Assembly (NCBI GenBank): GCA_046563655.1
Contig: CM102283.1
Span: forward strand, 4,402,001 to 4,466,000
Length of the DNA: 64,000 nucleotides
Origin: Yuukianura sp. NJ FZ-2021
Lineage: Eukaryota
Direction: 5' to 3'
Shown here: positions 46,588-60,100 of the stretch, in pieces
Layout of the letters: each line of letters starts with the position of its first letter
Numbering within the stretch: the first letter of the stretch is position 1
Position numbers and translations under genes: made by a program
The notes under the pieces: generated by a model
What the model was told of the DNA's origin: nothing
The model's database searches: none
Seen by the model: only the letters and a program-made list of their open reading frames with translations

Positions 46588-48650
46588 AGGGACTTGGGAT
46601 TTGGGTACACAGACGTACTCATTTCTGAGGTCTGTGCAGGGGAGTTCACCTTTCACAAGGCGCTCGTTGGCGGGATCCAAAAGGAAATGTTCTGAACGGA
46701 GAAAGTCAGAACCCAAAACGATTTCGTTGGAGAGGTGCTGGAAAATGTAGAACGGGTATTGGAAGGGGACGCCATCAATGGAGAAAGAAATCATTGTAGT
46801 TTGGGGGGAATTACAACTGACGTACGAACCAAAGGACAGTTTGACACGAACGGGTTCCACATCAACCGCTTGGGAAACGATATGGGGGAATTTCCGGAGA
46901 AATTCAGGGTGCACACAACAAAGGGAAGCACCTGTGTCACACAGGACTCGGAGGGTTTGGGTACCGAAGACTACATCAGTGTGGAACGTAGAATGTTGGG
47001 TAGAATGAATTTGGGACATGAATTTAGCCACAGAAATTCCCATAGGAAATTCGGACTCTGCGAATGGGGAATTAATTTGGGACTCATCAACGGGGGTTGT
47101 ATCCGGGGTACTGGAATTTGCAGCTAGGATCTCTGGGGAACTATTAACCCAGTCAGCAACTCGGCTTTGGATCGAAGGGGGGTTACCAAATTTTGAAGTG
47201 AGCGAAACAGCTTTAGGATCTGGAGCAAAACGAACAAATTCGTCTTTGGGATCAGCTTTCGGATCATAGGGCCAGTGAGCAGGGGTACCAACACAAACAG
47301 AAGCAACTTTCGGAGCGGGAGCGGAACCTTGAGCAAATATTTTCGGATAAGTGGCATCAGTTTTCGGATCTGGAACATAAATAGGAGCAAAATTAGAACT
47401 AGGATCAATATTAGGAGCCGACTTAGGAGCAAAATTAATTATAGGATCAGTTTTCGGAGCAAAATTAGGATCAGAATTAGGAACTATTGGAGCGTCAGAA
47501 CACGGAATGGGTAACTTGGTTGTAAGGTTCCCAGCGATCAAAGGTGAAGTAGGGCTGGGGTTACAACATTGGGAACATTTCTGCTGTTGGACAAAAAGAG
47601 TTTGCAATTTGTTAAAGAACTCTTCTAGTGAAAATGGACTTTAAAATTGGGGCTTCCTGCCAAAAGCCTTACAATTTCTATGGGTTTGAAAAGTTGGGGA
47701 CTTAATTTTTCGAGTTTTGGAACGTTTGGGACAAGCCCTTATAGGGGCTGGGACCATATTTTTAGGGACTGAAATGGGAGTGGGTAGAGGCTGTCGTCCC
47801 TGCAACGGCAGCTCTATTGGTTTTCCGGAGGCGGTGTTTGTTTGGGAAGGACGGCTGAAGCGATGTTCTGTAGAAGTTCCGTCATTGTTCCAAAAGCAGT
47901 CATCATCGTCTTGGTCCAATCAGCATCCGGACGAGGAACATTTTGAGACTGTGCTGGCGGGTTAGGACTGGTCTGCAATGGGCGAGTATCAACATTAGGG
48001 TGGGGACGTTGAACAGGATGGCTATAATAGCCTTGCTGCTGTGGGGGTACAGGCTGTGGGGCATGGTTCTCCGGTAGTGCGCGATGAGGGCCATTGTAGC
48101 CAGGGAGCCGCCAAGTTGGAGTGTGACAGTGTTTCCTAATGTGTCAGCTCCGGTTACAACGATTGCAGATCGGTCGTCCTTCAGCATCCCGAAGATTCAC
48201 GAAACGGGTTGGTTGTGAAGCCGTTTGTCCAACAGCTTGAGGGGTAGCAGGAACATTGACGTGTTGTTGGTTCTGAGGAGGGGACGACTGAGGGAACTGC
48301 ATTGGGAGGTTAGGGGCAGCTACCATTTCAAAAGCCTGCATAGAGACTACAGGGGAAGATCCATCTTTGGGACGGGTATGGACTTCTGCAACTCGTCGTA
48401 GGATTTTCTGAAAGTCGGAGGGGGTCTGGATATTGAGCATTACAAAACCTTTTTCAAGGTCTGCTGGGAGTCCACGGATGAGATATTCAACCTTGCGGCT
48501 GTCACTCATCTTGGGATCCAAACGAGACAAAATAACAATTTTGTCCGCTACGTATTTGTCAATACAGTCACCCAATTTGTAACGCAGGGACTTATTCTGC
48601 GCTCTGAAGTCATCACGACGTTCTTTCAGGGAAAAGTGGGAAATGAACTG
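46588..48650 (-). pseudogene. gag: Gag-protease region of outer element (nonsense and frameshift lesions)
   Basis: KVEYLIRGL capsid motif, knuckle CNRCNRS*HIRKHC with an in-frame stop, and protease VLCDTGAS. Confidence 0.85.
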
Positions 48651-49753
48651 AGTTTCGAGTTAGTAGCTTGGCGAATGTTCAAAGCTTTTCAACTTTTCAG
48701 AAATTTGGGCAGGGGTTTGGGGCAACAAAACAACTTTTGATTTTGAAAAGTGGATAAAATCTTTAATTTTAATTAATTAGAACGAAAACGCAACGTATTT
48801 TAGGATTTGGGAACAATTTGAGCCAGTTTCTGAAAAATCCGACTAATCAGGGGAAAAGGGAGGTCTGGGTACGATCACGGTTGCGTGCGAATTGGAAATC
48901 GGAAAAATCTTCCGACTCAGGGGATTAGTCACTTTCGCAAATAAATTTGCGAAAGCGGGGGAATTTCAAACTATCTGGATTTCAAAAAAAAAATTGGACA
49001 GGGGGGTGTTAGGGAAAGCAATTTTTCAAATTTAGGATGTTTCAACAAATTTCAAAACCCAAAATTTCAAAAAAATCAGATTAATGGGACAGGGGCAATA
49101 ACTTTCGAAAACGGGGCTAAATGGATGGGGATCAGGCACTAATCGGGAAACGGAGCTATTTTTCAAGAGCTGGGGCCCTGCGCTATTTTGAACAAAGCTT
49201 GAAATTTGAAAAAACGCTTATTTTGAAAAAAAACACTAAGTTATTGGGAATTTAAAAAAATTTTGACAGGGGGACGGGTAGATTTGACCAAAAAGTTGCT
49301 GGGAAAGGGACACAGGCTTGCTTCAAAAACAGACCGCGCTAAACGAAAGAAAAGACAACGCTGACCTTCAGTGACCTTGCCTCAGAGGTCAAATGTCGGT
49401 TTGTTGGAGGCTGATGAAGATGCGGATGACGTGGAAGGATGTGATGTTGAGCGTGGAGAGGGTGTGGAGCGTGGCTATCGGCTCTACGGCTGCCTTGGCA
49501 AGGGATGTGGCGTGTGTAGGGTGGTGTGGAGCTTGGCTTTTGGATGATGCGGCGTGGCTCTCGCTCCAAACTCGCTTTTCCAGAAAGTTCTGGAAATTAT
49601 CCAAAAAGAATATTTTAGAACAAATGAAATAAATGAAAAAAACCTGAAAAAAATGAAATGCAAAAATTAGGGTGGGGTCACGGTGGGTCCTTTGGTGGGG
49701 CGGTGGCTCCTGGTATGATTGACGCTTCGGTGTGGCGGGTCAATTGGAGGTCA

Positions 49754-49779
49754 GGGTTCGATTCTCGTCTGCGCCCCCA
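49754..49779 (-). promoter_or_regulatory. Primer-binding site of outer element (tRNA-Pro-like)
   Basis: TGGGGGCGCAGACGAGAATCGAACCC, 2 nt from the LTR. Confidence 0.65.
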
Positions 49780-49781
49780 CT

Positions 49782-50380
49782 TGAGGGGAAGTCGGATGAC
49801 TTTCCCAACGGGCCGACACAAGGGTCACCCAGTCAGGAGCAAATAAATGAGGTCAAACGGCGAAACGAACTGCAATTGAATTGGTTAATTTATTAATGAA
49901 CAAAATGATACGTTTACGTATTGGGATCCAATGCAGTATTGTAGTGAGAGCGAAGAGAGGTCCTGGCACGGTCAACCAGGTATCTCTGGTCTGTCCAGAG
50001 AGTCCAGGGAGGGGGTTGAGGTCAAGTCCGGGTCAAGTTGAGGCAGTAGCGTGTCCAGAACACGGAGAAGAAAGATGGCGGCTACTGGAGAAGGAAGTGA
50101 CGGGATTCTCTCTCTGTGAGTTGTTGCAGTGGACTGTGTGGAGTGATGGGAGGAAGATGAAGAAGACGGAAACTGCCAGAAGGAGCTGCAGGGAAGTGGC
50201 TGATGCAATCCTCCGGGATTGTCATTGGCTGCTGAATTGGAGCTGGTGGTCTGGCGTCTTCGGAACTGCAGAGGGACGAAGGGAAATTGTGTTGTGTTGC
50301 TGCTGTGTTGGGAGGAAGCGGAGGAGGACGGAGGGAACCATATAGGCTTTTAGAGGGGGCTGTAGGGATACCTCCCCACA
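49782..50380 (-). repeat. 5' LTR of outer element
   Basis: Direct repeat of 30675-31273. Confidence 0.96.
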
Positions 50381-51361
50381 GGTGGTGGCACTACAAGTAC
50401 GAACATCAACTTCGCCTTCTTCATTCCCTGCCCAATTGTCTTGACGAGTGTGCGTAATGCTTGTTTTGCCTGGCCGCCTAGCTGACTCCACACTTCGATC
50501 ACAATTCCGTCAAACTTGTACGCCTGGGATCAAATAGCTTCAACTAAAAACTTAAGAAAGAATCAAAACGGTGTCAAAAGTTAATTACCGTGGTAGTTGT
50601 GATGAGCGTTTTGACAAGTTCTTTAGTCTCGGCAGCCGAGGTAAATAAATTGTAATAGTCGTCTCCCGTCCAGCCATCAAACAATACTCGAGGTAATACT
50701 GTTAAGGTACAAAACAGGAGATCGAGATTAGAAATGAAACCAACTCAGGTTCCCTGCCGCTGGACAATACAACTGGGTGAAAATACCTTTAACTTGAGCC
50801 TTCTTCCCGCGTTTCCTCACTTCAGCAACCCAACCATGGTCCACATCATGTGTTCCAGTGACAAAGTAGGTTCCGGTAGGCGTCCTTTTGATCTGAAGCC
50901 ACACGGGTGATATCATTGTGAATTTGTTGCCAAAAGTTTTGGCAATGTCGTAGCCCTTATTGTTCCACTGAATAGTGACAAGATCAATTAGTTTTGCCCG
51001 AGGGAGACGAAGCATTTCAAAAATAAAGAATCTCACAGGGGTTATGTATCCCAGTACTTGTACAGTGAAGTTCCGCTGACTAGTTTTCTTCCAGTAGGCT
51101 TCATGTTCTACTAAAATATCATTTGGCTTCGGATCTCGAACAACTAAATTCCTTTCGTAAACAGATTGCACTATTGATCCTTTTTGGAACAAAAACCCAA
51201 ATTAAATTGAGTTCTAAACGAAAAGTTAATAATAATTATGAACTTTGCCTCTTCATTTTTGGAATTCTGCAATGACCTTTCACCTTACCTTTGAGGGTAA
51301 CTTGTCATCGTTATCATCTTCACCGAAACCGGTAAAGTCCTCTTCAATTTGACAATACGAG

Positions 51362-53546
51362 TTACGTGGCAATGAAATCGTTGTGACCAGTATCACCGCA
51401 GTTGTAAGTACAAGGTTTAAAATCAGCGTGCCTCAGATCCTTCGCTTGTGTTTTCGGAATTCCGCCGGCCTTCAAAATGTTGGATTCTCCAAACGCAGAG
51501 TCAATTTCCATTGAATATTGAGAACAGGAAGTAGAGTAAAATTCTTTGATTCCTTCAGCTTGAATTTTCAAGAGACCCGGGATTCCTGCCCGAGAAGCAT
51601 CATAGAGTTCGGATGATGACTTTAGGTTGGAAAAGTCGAAGCGATTTGAAAGTCGTTTCAGTCCAGCTACGTATGGACTCTGCTGCAGTGGATTTCAGCA
51701 ACGATGCTGTCAGTATCAGTCATCACGTGATTGCACCTGTCTCCAAACTCACGTTTCAATCCGTCATAGTAGTGCGAGTAGAGCATAATTTTTGATTTGA
51801 AAGTATGGCGAGTCCAATCTTGCGCAAATTGTAATCGGTGATTTCTCCCTTTGAAAAGTCAAACAGCGCCGAATCTTCGTCCAAAATTTCAAAAGACTTG
51901 AAAGTTGCCTTGGCAAGTTCCGCTTTCGCTTCTACTGAGGAACGAATGGACTTTGATCTCACGTAATCTGCATTGTTTTTTAGCATTTCTCCATAGAGCG
52001 AGTTGTTTAAAAGTTTCCGAAGTTGTTTTTGAAGGGGAAACTTTGCTTGATTTCTTGCAATGACATTACTAGCAGCAAAACTTGCAAAAATCGGAGACTC
52101 CCGAAATCTTACGACGGAATAGTATTTGGTGGCCTTTGCGCCATGGTCAATCATAAACTTGAGGTATTTCCCATAGTACACTTCCCGTTGTTTTTTGTAC
52201 AAGGTCAACAACACTCGTTCCTGTTCAATTTTCGTTTGTTCCCCCAAACTCTCCCGTTCGAATGGAGAAAGATCATGAGCAGAAACCTTAAGTCTCTGTT
52301 GTGGAAAGGGAAAATCCGAGAGAAAGTCTTTCATTGCCTCACTTTGATATTCAAGGTCGACTTCAAAGAGGTAACCCCAACCGTCATCAAAATCTGGTTT
52401 GTTGAAATCAAACTTTACGATCTCCTCCACGGTGAGTTTTTTGTAGCCTCCGCACGGTAGATTACCCAAGAAGCACTTACTGTAGCACGAGTTAATGTCA
52501 GCATAAAAAATTATTTTTTGCGGAAGTTTGGGGTCATAGTTGGACAGCTGCTCATTGTTGGCAACAGACTTCAACTTTGTGACTTGAATCACAGGGCCAT
52601 AGATTCCTCTCGTAATGAGTTTTGAAATTTCTTCGTCCGTGACGGCTTGAATTTCACATTTCTCCATTAGGAGCGCTGCCTCCCTTGAAAATGAAGAAAT
52701 GCTCCAAAAGCAAGCCAAATCCAAATAAAACTATTTCCAATATTCGTTTCGAATCGCCTGGAAGACGTCCGCCGTAAGAGCAGCGACACTATTTAGCTTA
52801 CGACGGACTATGTTTTCCAAAGACAGTTGTTTCCATGAATCAGGAACTTGGAATTCGGTCGAACCTTCTAGACTCTCGTACGCCGTTGATTGATTTAAAA
52901 AAAATGGTCAACTGAAGAAAATGCAGGGAAAATGTCCTCAACGTTGCAGAGAGTTGGCTCGGGAGAAAGTTGACTGAAAATTTGTTTAAAAGTTGGAAAT
53001 CCAATTCCTGACATCTTGAGCTCTTCCACAAGTTCAGTGAGGGGAGAGTCTGGACGAAAATTTTGAAAATCAACAAATTTGACCCAAAGTGAAGGTCATA
53101 CTTTTGTTTGCAAATAGTTTTTCTCTAATCGATGCCAATTGTGTTTTCCTCCTTTCTACGAATTGGCGTGGCCATTCCATGTTCATCGTTCACGCATTTT
53201 AGCAACAGATTAAACTCATTCTTCTCAAAAAATGCAATCGCTGTGATACGGTTCTTTGGTTTGATTTCCAAGTTGCAGTTTGTGCAACATGTCTGCATTT
53301 TCTCCCCTGTGAAATGATTATGGTGGTAAGCTTTAAGCACGGAATCGTCGTTGAATTGCTTTCCACAAATTTCGCAATGTGTTGCTTGCATAAAAAGTTT
53401 TTCTTGTTCCTCGGTCATAGGGAGCATGTTGTTTGTTAATTTTATTTCGTCTAGCTTCATATTCGCCATTTCCATTGCAGTTTTAAAGAAAACGTCCACA
53501 CAGTCCTTTCCTATGTAAGCGTGGCGGTCTACGTATCCAGTTTCAC
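51362..53546 (-). pseudogene. Decayed protein-primed family B DNA polymerase (Polinton/Maverick/adintovirus-type)
   Basis: EndoVII-like zinc module CEIC...HHNHFTG...CTNCNL, motif A YADINSCY, YLFEVDLEY, motif B KLLNNSLYG and motif C MTDTDS (~51706-51723). Multiple frameshifts. Confidence 0.85.
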
Positions 53547-54172
53547 TTCCAATGGAAAATCTGTTTTCCAATGGAAAATCTATTTTCCAATGGAAAATCT
53601 ATTTTCCAATGCAAAATCTATTTTCCAATGGAAAATCTATTTTCCAATGGAAAATCTATTTTCCAATGGAAAATCTATTTTCCAATGGAAAATCTATTTT
53701 CCAATGGAAAATCTATTTTCCAATCGAAAATCTATTTTCCAATCGAAAATCTATTTTCCAATCGAAAATCTATTTTCCAATGGAAAATCTATTTTCCAAT
53801 GGAAAATCTATTTTCCAATAGAAAATCTATTTTCCAATCGAAAATCTGTTTTCCAATGGAAAATCTATATTCCAATGGAAAATCTGTTTTCCAATGGAAA
53901 ATCTATTTTCCAATGGAAAATCTATTTTCCAATGGAAAATCTATTTTCCAATGGAAAATCTATTTTCCAATGGAAAATTTGTTTTCCAATGGAAAATCTA
54001 TTTTCCAATGGAAAATCTATTTTCCAATGGAAAATCTGTTTTCCAATGGAAAATCTATTTTCCAATGGAAAATCTATTTTCCAATGGAAAATCTGTTTTC
54101 CAATGGAAAATCTATTTTCCAATGGAAAATCTATTTTCCAATGGAAAATCTACTTTCCAATGGAAAATCTAT
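53547..54172. repeat. 20-bp minisatellite (TTCCAATGGAAAATCTATTT), about 31 copies
   Basis: Directly visible tandem array. Confidence 0.98.
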
Positions 54173-54179
54173 AGGAAAA

Positions 54180-57100
54180 GAAATAGTTTCGCTTGTGTTT
54201 TAAGTTAAAATTATATATGCTTTGGAACAGCTATTTTATTAAAACCCGCTTGCATTTGGACAAAGAGTAAAGCGGATTTTTTTTTTCAAAATTTTTGAGT
54301 GCGACCACTAAATTCTAAGGCTATACAGACACATCTCATTCCATTCTAACGCTATTATAAAATGGTGTTTGATATGTCGCCTTTTAGTTTAGGAACAGTT
54401 TCGCCTGTGTTTTAAGTTGAAATTAGATATGCTTTGGAACAACTATTTTATTAAAACCCGCTTGCATTTGGACAAAGAGTAAAGCGGATTTTTTTTTTCA
54501 AAATTTCTGAGTGCGACCACTAGATTCTAACGCTGTACAGACACATCTAAGTCCATTCTAACGCTATTTTACAATGGTGTTTGATATGCCGCCTTTTAGT
54601 TTATCAACAGTTTCGCCTGTGTTTTAAGTTGAAATTAGATATGCATTGGAACAGCTATTTTATTAAATCCCGCTTGCATTTGGACAAAGAGTAAAGCGGA
54701 CTTTTTTTTTCAAAATTTCTGAGTGCGACCACTAAATTCTAAGGCTACACAGACACATCTCATTCCATTCTAACGCTATTATACAATGGTGTTTGATATG
54801 CCGCCTTTTAGTTTAGGAATAGTTTCGCTTGTGTTTTAAGTTTAAATTAGATATGCTTTGGAACAGCTATTTTATTAAAACCCGCTTGCATTTGGACAAA
54901 GAGTAAAGCGGACTTTTTTTTCAAAATTTCTGAGTGCGACCACTAAATTCTAAGGCTATACAGACACATCTCATTCCATTCTAACGCTATTATACAATGG
55001 TGTTTGATATGCCGCCTTTTAGTTTAGGAACAGTTTCGCCTGTGTTTTAAGTTGAAATTAGATATGCTTTGGAACAGCTATTTTATTAAAATCCGCTTGC
55101 ATTTGGACAAAGAGTAAAGCGGATTTTTTTTCTTCAAAATTTCTGAGTGCGACCACTAGATTCTAAGGCTATACAGACACATCTAAGTCCATTCTAACGC
55201 TATTTTACAATGGTGTTTGATGTGCCGCCTTTTAGTTTAGGAACAGTTTCGCCTGTGTTTTAAGTTGAAATTAGATATGCTTTGGAACGGCTATTTTATT
55301 AAAACCCGCTTGCATTTGGACAAAGAGTAAAGCGGATTTTTTTTTCAAAATTTCTGAGTGCGACCACTAAATTCTAAGGCTATACAGACACATCTCATTC
55401 CATTCTAACGCTATTATACAATGGTGTTTGATATGCCGCCTTCTATTTTAGGAACAGCTTCGCCTGTGTTTTAAGTTGAAATGAGATATGCTTTGGAACA
55501 GCTATTTTATTAAAACCCGCTTGCATTTGGACAAAGAGTAAAGCGGATTTTTTTTTCAAAATTTCTGAGTGCGACCACTAGATTCTAAGGCTATACAGAC
55601 ACATCTAAGTCCATTCTAACGGTATTGTACAATGGTGTTTGATATGCCGCCTTCTATTTTAGGAATAGTTTCGCTTGTGTTTTAAGTTGAAATGAGATAT
55701 GCTTTGGAACAGCTATTTTATTAAAACCCGCTTGCATTTGGACAAAGAGTAAAGCGGATTTTTTTTTCAAAATTTCTGAGTGCGACCACTAGATTCTAAG
55801 GCTATACAGACACATCTCATTCCATTCTAACGCTATTATACAATGGTGTTTGATATGCCGCCTTTTAGTTTCAGAACAGTTTCGCCTGTGTTTTAAGTTG
55901 AAATTAGATATGCTTTGGAACAGCTATTTTATTAAAATCCGCTTGCATTTGGACAAAGAGTAAAGCGGATTTTTTTTCTTCAAAATTTCTGAGTGCGACC
56001 AGTAGATTCTAAGGCTATACAGACACATCTAAGTCCACTCTAACGCTATTTTACAATGGTGTTTGATGTGCCGCCTTTTAGTTTAGGAACAGTTTCGCCT
56101 GTGTTTTAAGTTGAAATTAGATATGCTTTGGAACAACTATTTTATTAAAATCCGCTTGCATTTGGACAAAGAGTAAAGCGGATTTTTTTTTTCAAAATTT
56201 CTGAGTGCGACCACTAAATTCTAAGGCTATACAGACACATCTCATTCCATTCTAACGCTATTATACAATGGTGTTTGATATGCCGCCTTCTATTTTAGGA
56301 ACAGCTTCGCCTGTGTTTTAAGTTGAAATGAGATATGCTTTGGAACAGCTATTTTATTAAAACCCGCTTGCATTTGGACAAAGAGTAAAGCGGATTTTTT
56401 TTTCAAAATTTCTGAGTGCGACCACTAGATTCTAAGGCTATACAGACACATCTAAGTCCATTCTAACGGTATTGTACAATGGTGTTTGATATGCCGCCTT
56501 CTATTTTAGGAATAGTTTCGCTTGTGTTTTAAGTTGAAATGAGATATGCTTTGGAACAGCTATTTTATTAAAACCCGCTTGCATTTGGACAAAGAGTAAA
56601 GCGGATTTTTTGTTCAAAATTTCTGAGTGCGACCACTAGATTCTAAGGCTATACAGACACATCTCATTCCATTCTAACGCTATTATACAATGGTGTTTGA
56701 TATGCCGCCTTTTAGTTTCAGAACAGTTTCGCCTGTGTTTTAAGTTGAAATTAGATATGCTTTGGAACAGCTATTTTATTAAAATCCGCTTGCATTTGGA
56801 CAAAGAGTAAAGCGGATTTTTTTTCTTCAAAATTTCTGAGTGCGACCAGTAGATTCTAAGGCTATACAGACACATCTAAGTCCATTCTAACGCTATTTTA
56901 CAATGGTGTTTGATGTGCCGCCTTTTAGTTTAGGAACAGTTTCGCCTGTGTTTTAAGTTGAAATGAGATATGCTTTGGAACAGCTATTTTATTAAAACCC
57001 GCTTGCATTTGGACAAAGAGTAAAGCGGATTCTTTTCCCAAATTTCTGAGTGCGACCACTAGATTCTAAGGCTATACAGACACATCTAAGTCCATTCTAA

Positions 57101-60100
57101 CGGTATTGTACAATGGTGTTTGATATGCCGCCTTCTATTTTAGGAATAGTTTCGCTTGTGTTTTAAGTTGAAATGAGATATGCTTTGGAACAGCTATTTT
57201 ATTAAAACCCGCTTGCATTTGGACAAAGAGTAAAGCGGATTGTTTTCCCAAATTTCTGAGTGCGACCACTAGATTCTAAGGCTATACAGACACATCTCAT
57301 TCCATTCTAACGCTATTATACAATGGTGTTTGATATGCCGCCTTTTAGTTTCAGAACAGTTTCGCCTGTGTTTTAAGTTGAAATTAGATATGCTTTGGAA
57401 CAGCTATTTTATTAAAATCCGCTTGCATTTGGACAAAGAGTAAAGCGGATTTTTTTTTCAAAATTTCTGAGTGCGACCACTAGATTCTAAGGCTATACAG
57501 ACACATCTAAGTCCATTCTAACGCTATTTTACAATGGTATTTGATATGCCGCCTTTTAGTTTAGGAACAGTTTCGCCTGTGTTTTAAGTTGAAATGAGAT
57601 ATGCTTTGGAACAGCTATTTTATTAAAACCCGCTTGCATTTGGACAAAGAGTAAAGCGGATTCTTTTCCCAAATTTCTGAGTGCGACCACTAGATTCTAA
57701 GGCTATACAGACACATCTAAGTCCATTCTAACGGTATTCTACAATGGTGTTTGATATGCCGCCTTCTATTTTAGGAATAGTTTCGCTTGTGTTTTAAGTT
57801 TAAATTAGATATGCTTTGGAACAGCTATTTTATTAAAACCCGCTTGCATTTGGACAAAGAGTAAAGCGGATTTTTTTTCAAAATTTCTGAGTGCGACCAC
57901 TAGATTCTAAGGCTATACAGACACATCTCATTCCATTCTAACGCTATTATACAATGGTGTTTGATATGCCGCCTTTTAGTTTAGGAACAGTTTCGCCTGT
58001 GTTTTAAGTTGAAATGAGATATGCTTTGGAACAGCTATTTTATTAAAACCCGCTTGCATTTGGACAAAGAGTAAAGCGGATTCTTTTCCCAAATTTCTGA
58101 GTGCGACCACTAGATTCTAAGGCTATACAGACACATCTAAGTCCATTCTAACGGTATTCTACAATGGTGTTTGATATGCCGCCTTCTATTTTAGGAATAG
58201 TTTCGCTTGTGTTTTAAGTTTAAATTAGATATGCTTTGGAACAGCTATTTTATTAAAACCCGCTTGCATTTGGACAAAGAGTAAAGCGGATTTTTTTTCA
58301 AAATTTCTGAGTGCGACCACTAAATTCTAAGGCTATACAGACACATCTCATTCCATTCTAACGCTATTATACAATGGTGTTTGATATGCCGCCTTTTAGT
58401 TTAGGAACAGTTTCGCCTGTGTTTTAAGTTGAAATTAGATATGCTTTGGAACAGCTATTTTATTAAAACCCGCTTGCATTTGGACAAAGAGTAAAGCGGA
58501 TTTTTTTTTCAAAATTTCTGAGTGCGACCACTAGATTCTAAGGCTATACAGACACATCTCATTCCATTCTAACGCTATTATACAATGGTGTTTGATATGC
58601 CGCCTTCTATTTTAGGAACAGTTTCGCCTGTGTTTTAAGTTGAAATGATATATGCTTTGGAACAGCTATTTTATTAAAACCCGCTTGCATTTGGACAAAG
58701 AGTAAAGCGGATTTTTTTCTCAAAATTTCTGAGTGCGACCACTAGATTCTAAGGCTATACAGACACATCTAAGTCCATTCTAACGGTATTGTACAATGGT
58801 GTTTGATATGCCGCCTTCTATTTTAGGAATAGTTTCGCTTGTGTTTTAAGTTAAAATTAGATATGCTTTGGAACAGGCTATTTTATTAAAACCCGCTTGC
58901 ATTTGGACAAAGAGTAAAGCGGATTTTTTTTTTCAAAATTTCTGAGTGCGACCACTAAATTCTAAGGCTATACAGACACATCTCATTCCATTCTAACGCT
59001 ATTATACAATGGTGTTTGATATGCCGCCTTTTAGTTTAGGAACAGTTTCGCCTGTGTTTTAAGTTGAAATGAGATATGCTTTGGAACAGCTATTTTATTA
59101 AAACCCGCTTGCATTTGGACAAAGAGTAAAGCGGATTCTTTTCCCAAATTTCTGAGTGCGACCACTAGATTCTAAGGCTATACAGACACATCTCATTCCA
59201 TTCTAACGCTATTATACAATGGTGTTTGATATGCCGCCTTTTAGTTTAGGAACAGTTTCGCCTGTGTTTTAAGTTGAAATGAGATATGTTTTGGAACAGC
59301 TATTTTATTAAAACCCGCTTGCATTTGGACAAAGAGTAAAGCGGATTTTTTCCCAAAATTTCTGAGTGCGACCACTAAATTCTAAGGCTATACAGACACA
59401 TCTCATTCCATTCTAACGCTATTATACAATGGTGTCTGATATGCCGCCTTTTAGTTTACGAACAGTTTCGCCTGTGTTTTAAGTTGAAATGAGATATGCT
59501 TTGGAACAGCTGTTTTATTAAAACCCGCTTGCATTTGGACAAAGAGTAAAGCGGATTTTTTTTTCAAAATTTCTGAGTGCGACCACTAGATTCTAAGGCT
59601 ATACAGACACATCTCATTCCATTCTAACGCTATTATACAATGGTGTTTGATATGCCGCCTTTTAGTTTAGGAATAGTTTCGCTTGTGTTTTAAGTTTAAA
59701 TTAGATATGCTTTGGAACAGCTATTTTATTAAAATCCGCTTGCATTTGGACAAAGAGTAAAGCGGATTTTTTTTTCAAAATTTCTGAGTGCGACCACTAG
59801 ATTCTAAGGCTATACAGACACATCTAAGTCCATTCTAACGCTATTTTACAATGGTGTTTGATATGCCGCCTTTTAGTTTAGGAACAGTTTCGCCTGTGTT
59901 TTAAGTTGAAATTAGATATGCTTTGGAACAGCTATTTTATTAAAACCCGCTTGCATTTGGACAAAGAGTAAAGCGGATTTTTTTTTTCAAAATTTCTGAG
60001 TGCGACCACTAGATTCTAAGGCTATACAGACACATCTAAGTCCATTCTAACGCTATTTTACAATGGTATTTGATATGCCGCCTTTTAGTTTAGGAACAGT

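Larger units (their letters stand above)
30675..50380 (-). mobile_element. Outer Ty3/Gypsy LTR retrotransposon (19.7 kb including nested elements)
   Basis: 599-bp near-identical LTRs at 30675-31273 and 49782-50380, 4-bp TSD GGTG, PBS TGGGGGCGCAG next to 49781, and gag-PR-RT-RH-IN order. Confidence 0.96.
30049..51330 (-). pseudogene. CHID1: Chitinase domain-containing protein 1 (GH18, SI-CLP), split by LTR insertion; 5' end not found
   Basis: VLGYITP/WNNKGYDIAKTFGNKFTMISPVWLQI, HDVDHGW, VLPRVLFDGW, FDGIVIEVWSQ, FSVMTYDYS, KILIGLNFYGYD and [39 protein letters not shown] (stop 30049-51). The exon VVPPP|VNNLGK is interrupted at 50381/30674. Confidence 0.93.

Noticed and set aside
53521-54208. 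Long ORFs (MENLFSNGKSIFQWKIYFP repeats)
   Set aside because: Translations of the 20-bp minisatellite.
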